Assembly (NCBI GenBank): GCA_964016885.1
Contig: OZ024744.1
Span: 11,284,001 to 11,348,000, forward strand
Source of the DNA: Eledone cirrhosa
Taxonomy: Eukaryota
DNA: 64,000 bases
Direction: 5' to 3'
Below, piece after piece: positions 55,001 through 64,000 of this stretch. The notes under the pieces were generated by a model, which worked only from the letters and a program-made list of their open reading frames with translations, ran no database searches and was not told the DNA's origin. The translations under genes were made by a program, and so were the position numbers. Position 1 is the first letter of the stretch. Every line of letters starts with the position of its first letter.

Positions 55001-58000
55001 CCAACATGTCGTGTTGTAGTACTCCAATATGTTTTGATGTTGTACTCCAATATGTTGTGTTGTTGTACTCCAATATGTTGTGTTGTTGTACTCCAATATG
55101 TTGTGTTGTTATACTCCAATATGTTGTGCTGTTGTACTCCAATATGTCATGTTGTTGTACTCCGATATTTCGTGTTGTTCTACTCCAATATTTCGTGTTG
55201 TTGTACTCCAATATCTCGTGGTGTTGTACTCCAATATGTTTTGATGTTGTACTCCAATATGTCGTGTTGTTGTACTCCAATATGTTGTGTTGTTGTACTC
55301 CAATATGCTGTGTTGTTATACTCCTATATGTTGTGCTGTTGTACTTCAATATGTTGTGTTCTACTCCAATATGTTGTGTTGTTCTACTCCAATATGTTGT
55401 GTTGTTGTACTCCAATATGTGATGTTGTTGTACTCCAATATGTCGTATTGTTGTACTCCAATATATTGTGTTGTTATACTCCAATATTTCGTGTTGTTTT
55501 AGTCCAATATGTCATGTTGTTTTACTCCAATATTTCGTGTTGTTGTACTCCAATATGTCATGGTGTTGTACTTCAATATGTCGTATTGTTGTACTCAAAT
55601 ATGTTGTGTTGTTGTTCTCCAATATGTCGTGTTGTTATACTCCAATATGTTATGATGTTGTACTCCAATATATTGTGTTGTTGTACTCCAATATGTTGTG
55701 TTGCTGTACTCCAATATGTTGTGTCGTTGTACTCCAATATGTTGTGTTGTTGTACTCCAATATGTTGTGTTGTTGTACTCCAATATGTTGTTGTACTCCA
55801 ATATGCCATGTTGTTATACTCCAATATTTCGTGGCGTTGTACTCCAATATGTCATGTTGTTGTACTCCAATATTTCGTGTTGTTGTACTCCAATATGTCG
55901 TAGGGGTTGTACTCCAATATGGTGTGTTGTTGTACTCCAATATGCTGTGTTGCTGTACTCCAATAGGTTGTGTTGTTGTACTCCAATATGCTGTGTTGGC
56001 TGTGCTCCAATACGTTGTGTTGTTGTACTCCAATATGTTGTGCTGCTGTACTCCAATATGTTGTGTTGTTGTACTCCAATATGTTGTGTTGTTGTACTCC
56101 AATATGTTGTGTTGTTGTACTCCAATCTATATCGCTGTTGTACTCCAATATGTTGTGTTGTTGTACTCCAATATGTTGTGTTGTTGTACTCCAAAATATT
56201 GTGTTGTTATACTCCAATATGTTGTGTTGTTATACTCCAATATGTTGTGCTGTTATACTCCAATATGTTGTGTTGTTGTACTCCAATATGTTGTGCTGTT
56301 ATACTCCAATATTTTGTGTTGTTATACTCCAATATGTGGTATTGTTGTACTCCAATATGTTGTGCTGTTGTCCTCCAATATGTTGTGTTGTTATACTCCA
56401 ACATGTTGTGTTGTTATACTCCAATATGTTGTGTTGTTATACTCGAATATTTTGTGTTGTTATACTCGAATATCTTGTGTTGTTATACTCGAATATGTTG
56501 TGCTGTTGTACTCCAATATGTCGTGTTGTTGTACTCCAATATATCATGTAGTTGTACTCCAATATTTCGTGTTGTTGTACCCCAATATGTAGTGTTGTTT
56601 ATACTCCAATATGTTTTGCTGTTGTACTCCAATATGATGTGCTGTTGTACTCCAATATGTTGTATTGTTGTTCTCCAATATGTCATGTTATACTCCAATA
56701 AGTTGTGTTCTTGTACTCCAATATGTTGTGTTGTTGTACTCCAATATATCATGTTGTCGTACTCCAATATGTCATGTTATACTCCAATATGTCATTGTTG
56801 TACTCCAATATGTCATTGTTGTACTCCAATATGTCGTGTTGTTGTACTCCAATATGTCGTGTTGTTGTACTCCAATATGCTGTGTTGTTATACTCCAATA
56901 TGTTGTGTTGTTGTACTCCAATATGTTGTGTTGTTATACTCCAATATGTTGTGTTGTTGTACTCCAATATGTCATGTTGTTGTACTCCAATATGTTGCGT
57001 TGTTGTACTCCAATATATCATGTTGTCGTACTCCAATATGTTTTGATGTTGTACTCCAATATGTTGTGTTGTTGTACTCCAATATGTTGTGTAGTCGTAC
57101 TCCAATATGTTGTGTTGTTGTACTCCAATATGCTGTGATGTTGTACTCCAATATGATGTGCTGTTGTACTCCAATGCGTTGTGTTGTTGTACTCCAATAT
57201 GCTGTGTTGTTATACTCCAATATGTTGTGTTGTTATACTCCAATCTGTTGTGTTGTTATACTCCAATATATTGTGTTGTTATACTCCAATATGTTGTGTT
57301 GTTTTACTCCAATATCTTGTATTGTTGTTCTCCAATATGTCATGTTATACTCCAATAAGTTGTGTTCTTGTACTCCAATATGTTGTGTTGTTGTACTCCA
57401 ATATGTTGTGTTGTTGTACTCCAATATATCATGTTGTCGTACTCCAATATGTCATGTTATACTCCAATGTGTCATTGTTGTACTCCAATATGTCGTGTTG
57501 TTGTACTCCAATATGTCGTGTTGTTGTACTCCAATATGTTGTGTTGTTGTACTCCAATATGTTGTGTTGTTGTACTCCAATATGTTGTGTTGTTATACTC
57601 CAATATGTTATGTTGTTGTACTCCAATATGTCATGTTGTTGTACTCCAATATGTTTTGATGTTGTACTCCAATATGTCGTGTTGTTATACTCCAATATGT
57701 TATGATGTTGTACTCCAATATATTGTGTTGTTGTACTCCAATATGTTGTGTTGCTGTACTCCAATATGTTGTGTCGTTGTACTCCAATACGTTGTGTTGT
57801 TGTACTCCAATATGTTGTGTTGTTGTACTCCAATATGTTGTTGTACTCCAATATGCCATGTTGTCGTACTCCAATATTTCGTGTTGTTGTACTCCAATAT
57901 GTCATGATGTTGTACTCCAATATGTTGTGTTGTTGTACTCCAATATGTTGTGTTGTTGTACTCCAATATGTTGTGTTGTTGTACTCCAATATGTTGTGTT

Positions 58001-61000
58001 GTTGTACTCCAATATGTTGTGTTGTTGTACTCCAATATGTTGTGTTGTTGTACTCCAATATGTTGTGTTGTTGTACTCCAATATGCCATGTTGTTATACT
58101 CCAATATGTGGTGGTGTTGTACTCCAATATGTCATGTTGTTGTACTCCAATATTTCGTGTTGTTGTACTCCAATATGTCATAGGGGTTGTACTCCAATAT
58201 GCTGTGTTGCTGTACTCCAATAGGTTGTGTTGTTGTACTCCAATATGCTGTGTTGGCTGTGCTCCAATACGTTGTGTTGTTGTACTCCAATATTTTGTGC
58301 TGCTGTACTCCAATATGTTGTGTTGTTGTACTCCAATATGTTGTGTTGTTGTACTCCAATATGTTGTGTTGTTGTACTCCAATCTATATCGCTGTTGTAC
58401 TCCAATATGTTGTGTTGTTGTACTCCAATATGTTGTGCTGTTGTACTCCAATATGTTGTGCTGTTGTGCTCCAATATTTTGTGCTGTTATACTCCAATAT
58501 ATTGTGTTGTTATAATCCAATATGTTGTGTTGTTGTACTCCAAAATATTGTGTTGTTATACTCCAATATGTTGTGTTGTTATACTCCAATAAGTTGTGCT
58601 GTTATACTCCAATATGTTGTGTTGTTGTACTCCAATATGTTGTGCTGTTATACTCCAATATTTTGTGTTGTTATACTCCAATATGTGGTATTGTTGTACT
58701 CCAATATGTTGTGCTGTTGTACTCCAATATGTTGTGTTGTTATACTCCAACATGTTGTGTTGTTATACTCCAATATGTTGTGTTGTTATACTCGAATATG
58801 TTGTGTTGTTATACTCGAATATCTTGTGTTGTTATACTCGAATATGTTGTGCTGTTGTACTCCAATATGTCGTGTTGTTGTACTCCAATATATCATGTAG
58901 TTGTACTCCAATATTTCGTGTTGTTGTACCCCAATATGTAGTGTTGTTTATACTCCAATATGTTTTGCTGTTGTACTCCAATATGTTGTGTTGCTGTACT
59001 CCTATATGTTGTGTTGTTATTCTCCAATATGTTGTGCTGTTGTACTCCAATGTGTTGTGTTGTTATACTCCAATATGTTGTGTTGATTTACTCCAATATG
59101 TTGTGTTGTTGTACTCCAATCTGTTGTGTTGTTATACTCCAATGTGTTGTGTTGTTATACTCCAATATGTTGTGTTGTTGTAGTCCAATATGTTGTGTTG
59201 TCGTACTCCAATATGTTGTGTTGTTATACTCCAATATTTCGTGTGGTTGTACTCCAATATGTCATGGTGTTGTACTTCAATATGTCGTGTTGTTGTACTC
59301 CAATATGTTGTCTTGCTGTACTCCAATATGTTGTGTTGTTGTACTCCAATATCTTGTGTTCTTATACTCCAATATGTTGTGTTGTTATACTCCAATATGT
59401 TGTGTTGTTGTACTCCAATATGTTGTGCTGTTTTACTCCAATATGTTGTGTTGTTGTACTCCAATATGTTGTATTGTTTTTCTCCAATATGTCATGTTAT
59501 ACTCCAATAAGTTGTGTTCTTGTACTCCAATATGTTGTGTTGTTGTACTCCAATATATCATGTTGTCGTACTCCAATATGTCATGTTATACTCCAATATG
59601 TCATTGTTGTACTCCAATATGTCGTGTTGTTGTACTCCAATATGTCGTGTTGTTGTACTCCAATATGTTGTGTTGTTGTACTCCAATATGTTGTGTTGTT
59701 GTACTCCAATATGTTGTGTTGTTGTACTCCAATATGTTGTGTTGTTATACTCCAATATGTTATGTTGTTGTACTCCAATATGTCATGTTGTTGTACTCCA
59801 ATATGTTTTGATGTTGTACTCCAATATGTTGTGTTGTTGTACTCCAATATGTTTTGATGTTGTAGTCCAATATGTTGTGTTGTTGTACTCCAATATGTTG
59901 TGTAGTCGTACTCCAATATGTTGTGTTGTTGTACTCCAATATGCTGTGATGTTATACTCCAATATGATGTGCTGTTGTACTCCAATGCGTTGTGTTGTTG
60001 TACTCCAATATGCTGTGTTGTTATACTCCAATATGTTGTGTTGTTGTACTCCAATATGTTGTGTTGTTGTACTCCAATATGTTGTGTTGTTGTAATCCAA
60101 TATCTTGTGTAGTTATACTCCAATATGTTGTGCTGTTGTACTCCAATATGTTGAGTTGTTATACTCCAATATGTAGTGTTGTTATACTCCAATATGTTGT
60201 GTTGTTGTACTCCAATCTGTTGCGTTATACTCCAATATGTTGTGTTGTTATACTCCAATATGTTGTGTTGTTATACTCCAATATGTTGTGTTGTTGTACT
60301 CCAATATGTTGTGTAGTCGTATTCCAATATGTTGTGTTGTTGTACTCTAATATGTTTTGTTGTTATTCTCCAATATGTTGTGATGTTGTACTCCAATGTG
60401 TTGTGTTGTTGTACTCCAATGTGATGTGTTGCTGTACTCCAATATGTTGTGCTGTTGTACTCCAATATTTTTTGTTTTTTGTACTCCAATATGTTGTGTT
60501 GTTATACTCCAATATGTTGTGTTGTTATACTCCAATATGGTGTGTTGTTGTACTCCAATATGTTGTATTGTTTTCTCCAATATGTCATGTTATACTCCAA
60601 TATGGTGTGTTCGTGTACTCCAATATGTTGTGTTATTGTACTCCAATATGTTGCGTTGTTGTACTCCAATATGTTGTGTTGTTATACTCCAATATGTCGT
60701 GTGGCTGTACTCCAATATGTCATGTTGTTGTACTCCAATATGTCTTGTTATAGTCCAATATGTCGTGTTGTTGTACTCCAATATATCATGTAGTTGTACT
60801 CCAATATTTCGTGTTGTTGTACCCCAATATGTAGTGTTGTTTATACTCCAATATGTTTTGCTGTTGTACTCCAATATGTTGTGTTGCTGTACTCCTATAT
60901 GTTGTGTTGTTATTCTCCAATATGTTGTGCTGTTGTACTCCAATGTGTTGTGTTGTTATACTCCAATGTGTTGTGTTGTTATACTCCAATATGTTGTGTT

Positions 61001-62220
61001 GTTGTAGTCCAATATGTTGTGTTGTCGTACTCCAATATGTTGTGTTGTTATACTCCAATATTTCGTGTGGTTGTACTCCAGTATGTCATGGTGTTGTACT
61101 TCAATATGTCGTGTTGTTATACTCCAATATGTTGTCTTGTTGTACTCCAATCTGTTGTATTGTTGTACTTCAATATGTTCTGTTGTTGTACTCCAATATA
61201 TTGTGTTGTTGTACTCCAATATGTTGTGTTGTTGTACTCCAATATGCTGTGTTGTTGTACTCCAATATGTTGTGTTGTTGTACTCCAACATGTTGTGTTG
61301 TTGTACTCCAATATCTTGTGTTCTTATACTCCAATATGTTGTGTTGTTATACTCCAATATGTTGTGTTGTTGTACTCCAATATGTTGTGCTGTTGTACTC
61401 CAATATGATGTGCTGTTGTACTCCAATATGTTGTGTTGTTGTACTCCAATGTGTTGTGTTGTTGTACTCCAATATGTTGTGCCGTTGTACTCCAATATTT
61501 TTTTGTTTTTGTACTCCAAAATGTTGTGTTGTTATACTCCAATATGTTGTGTTGGTTTACTCCAATATGGTGTGCTGTTGTACTCCAAATCTCGTGTTGT
61601 TATACTCCAATGTGTTGTGTTGTTATACTCCAATATGGTGTGTTGTTGAACTCCAATATGTTGTATTGTTTTTCTCCAATATGTCATGTTATACTCCAAT
61701 ATGTCGTGTTGCTGTACTCCAATATGTCATGCTGTTGTACTTCAATATGTTTTGCTGTTGTACTCCACCGTGTTGTGTTGTTGAACTCCAATACGTTGTG
61801 TTGTTGTTCTCCAATATTTTGTGCTGTTGTACTCCAATTTGTGTTGTTGTACTCCAATATGTTGTGTTGTTGTACTCCAATATGTTGTGTTGTTGTACTC
61901 CAATATGTTGTGTTGTTATACTCCAATATGTTGTGCTGTTGTACTCCAATATTTCGTGTTGTTGTACTCCAATATGTCGTGTTGTTGTACTCCAATATGT
62001 TTTGATGTTGTACTCAAATATGTTGTGTTGTTGTACTCCAATATGTTTTGATGTTGTACTCCAATATGTTGTGTTGTTGTACTCCAATATGTTGTGTAGT
62101 CTTACTCCAATATGTTGTGTTGTTGTACTCCAATATGCTGTGATGTTGTACTCCAATATGATGTGATGTTGTACTCCAATGTGTTGTGTTGTTGTACTCC
62201 AATGTGATGTGTTGTTGTAC
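52000..62220 (+). repeat. About 10.2-kb copy of about 39350-49430 (offset drifting 12,651, 12,628, 12,744, 12,767, 12,790)
   Basis: ORFs 39544..40122 = 52195..52773, 43070..45031 ~ 55698..57659, 45778..46197 = 58522..58941, 48063..49376 ~ 60853..62166. Confidence 0.93.
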
Positions 62221-62569
62221 TCCAATATGTTGTTGTACTCCAATATGCCATGTTGTCGTACTCCAATATTTCGTGTTGTTGTACTCCAATATGTCATGGT
62301 GTTGTACTCCAATATGTTGTGTTGTTGTACTCCAATATGTTGTGTTGTTGTACTCCAATATGCTGTGTTGTTGTACTCCAATATGTTGTGTTGTTGTACT
62401 CCAATATGTTGTGTTGTTGTACTCCAATATGTTGTGTTGTTGTACTCCAATATGCCATGTTGTTATACTCCAATATGTGGTGGTGTTGTACTCCAATATG
62501 TCATGTTGTTGTACTCCAATATTTCGTGTTGTTGTACTCCAATATTTCATAGGGGTTGTACTCCAATAT

Positions 62570-64000
62570 GTTGTGTTGTTATACTCCAATATGGTGTGTT
62601 GTTGTACTCCAATATGTTGTATTGTTTTCTCCAATATGTCATGTTATACTCCAATATGGTGTGTTCGTGTACTCCAATATGTTGTGTTATTGTACTCCAA
62701 TATGTTGCGTTGTTGTACTCCAATATGTTGTGTTGTTATACTCCAATATGTCGTGTGGCTGTACTCCAATATGTCATGTTGTTGTACTCCAATATGTCTT
62801 GTTATAGTCCAATATGTCGTGTTGTTGTACTCCAATATATCATGTAGTTGTACTCCAATATTTCGTGTTGTTGTACCCCAATATGTAGTGTTGTTTATAC
62901 TCCAATATGTTTTGCTGTTGTACTCCAATATGTTGTGTTGCTGTACTCCTATATGTTGTGTTGTTATTCTCCAATATGTTGTGCTGTTGTACTCCAATGT
63001 GTTGTGTTGTTATACTCCAATGTGTTGTGTTGTTATACTCCAATATGTTGTGTTGTTGTAGTCCAATATGTTGTGTTGTCGTACTCCAATATGTTGTGTT
63101 GTTATACTCCAATATTTCGTGTGGTTGTACTCCAGTATGTCATGGTGTTGTACTTCAATATGTCGTGTTGTTGTACTCCAATATGTTGTCTTGTTGTACT
63201 CCAATCTGTTGTATTGTTGTACTTCAATATGTTCTGTTGTTGTACTCCAATATATTGTGTTGTTGTACTCCAATATGTTGTGTTGTTGTACTCCAATATG
63301 CTGTGTTGTTGTACTCCAATATGTTGTGTTGTTGTACTCCAACATGTTGTGTTGTTGTACTCCAATATCTTGTGTTCTTATACTCCAATATGTTGTGTTG
63401 TTATACTCCAATATGTTGTGTTGTTGTACTCCAATATGTTGTGCTGTTGTACTCCAATATGATGTGCTGTTGTACTCCAATATGTTGTGTTGTTGTACTC
63501 CAATGTGTTGTGTTGTTGTACTCCAATATGTTGTGCCGTTGTACTCCAATATTTTTTTGTTTTTGTACTCCAAAATGTTGTGTTGTTATACTCCAATATG
63601 TTGTGTTGGTTTACTCCAATATGGTGTGCTGTTGTACTCCAAATCTCGTGTTGTTATACTCCAATGTGTTGTGTTGTTATACTCCAATATGGTGTGTTGT
63701 TGAACTCCAATATGTTGTATTGTTTTTCTCCAATATGTCATGTTATACTCCAATATGTCGTGTTGCTGTACTCCAATATGTCATGCTGTTGTACTTCAAT
63801 ATGTTTTGCTGTTGTACTCCACCGTGTTGTGTTGTTGAACTCCAATACGTTGTGTTGTTGTTCTCCAATATTTTGTGCTGTTGTACTCCAATTTGTGTTG
63901 TTGTACTCCAATATGTTGTGTTGTTGTACTCCAATATGTTGTGTTGTTGTACTCCAATATGTTGTGTTGTTATACTCCAATATGTTGTGCTGTTGTACTC
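62570..64000 (+). repeat. Copy of about 60515-61946 (offset 2,054), running off the window end
   Basis: ORFs 60590..60943 = 62644..62997 and 61324..61542 = 63378..63596. The variant tactccaacatg is shared at about 61281 and about 63335. Confidence 0.92.

Larger units (their letters stand above)
1..64000 (+). repeat. Satellite DNA tandem array, 23-bp monomer TACTCCAATATGTTGTGTTGTTG, about 2,800 head-to-tail copies, extending past both window edges
   Basis: The TACTCCAATA core recurs about every 23 bp from base 5 to the end of the window. Perfect consensus runs are visible (e.g. 34748-34908). No non-repeat interval and no inverted block was seen. Confidence 0.99.

Noticed and set aside
19-63980. 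Hundreds of ORFs resembling Cys-rich membrane or keratin-associated proteins (+) or mucin-like proteins (-)
   Set aside because: They overlap in all frames with the same permuted 23-aa repeat. They have no unique domains, their starts and stops arise from sporadic variants, and indels are not frame-preserving.
1-64000. CRISPR-like array (conserved core plus variable segment)
   Set aside because: The variable part is only about 13 bp and is a mutated version of one consensus, not unique spacers. There is no leader or cas gene.
1-64000. Telomerase-made long telomeric repeat (23-bp units occur in Candida yeasts)
   Set aside because: The sequence differs from the C. albicans unit and lacks G-runs. 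Its length of at least 64 kb and its inherited kb-scale variant patterns indicate recombinational amplification. A subtelomeric location cannot be excluded.
1-64000. Rolling-circle or reverse-transcriptase concatemer (DRT2 neo-like endless ORF), or an amplification/sequencing artefact
   Set aside because: Variants are not random errors around a single template. They recur in ordered, nested blocks with a consistent history. No RT gene or template RNA is present in the window.
1-64000. CCAAT boxes and TATA-like motifs as promoters
   Set aside because: They are parts of the monomer repeated thousands of times, with no associated gene.

Overview
The whole 64-kb window is one uninterrupted, single-orientation satellite DNA array. 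The consensus monomer is 23 bp, TACTCCAATATGTTGTGTTGTTG (8/23 = 35% GC, 11/23 T on the + strand), which gives roughly 2,800 monomers by length. I found no unique sequence, gene, RNA gene, transposon or CRISPR spacer. All listed ORFs are artefacts: the consensus has no stop codon in any of the six frames, so three monomers (69 bp) translate as a 23-aa repeat (+ strand MLCCCTPICCVVVLQYVVLLYSN; - strand EYNNTTYWSTTTQHIGVQQHNIL). The informative signal lies in the variant monomers, which act as barcodes for a nested, irregular higher-order structure. This includes a head-to-tail 10,537-bp tandem duplication, an older copy about 12.7 kb away, an apparently exact 6.8-kb copy at offset 21,823, and many 0.4-2.5-kb modules reshuffled in monomer register. 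Within the monomer, a conserved TACTCCAATA half contrasts with a mutable GT-rich half that carries a CG/TG/CA variant triad suggestive of CpG-methylation decay. It is most likely eukaryotic centromeric, pericentromeric or subtelomeric heterochromatin (inference). I do not recognise the satellite family or the organism. Duplication offsets come from matching ORF-track coordinates, and breakpoints are approximate to about one monomer.
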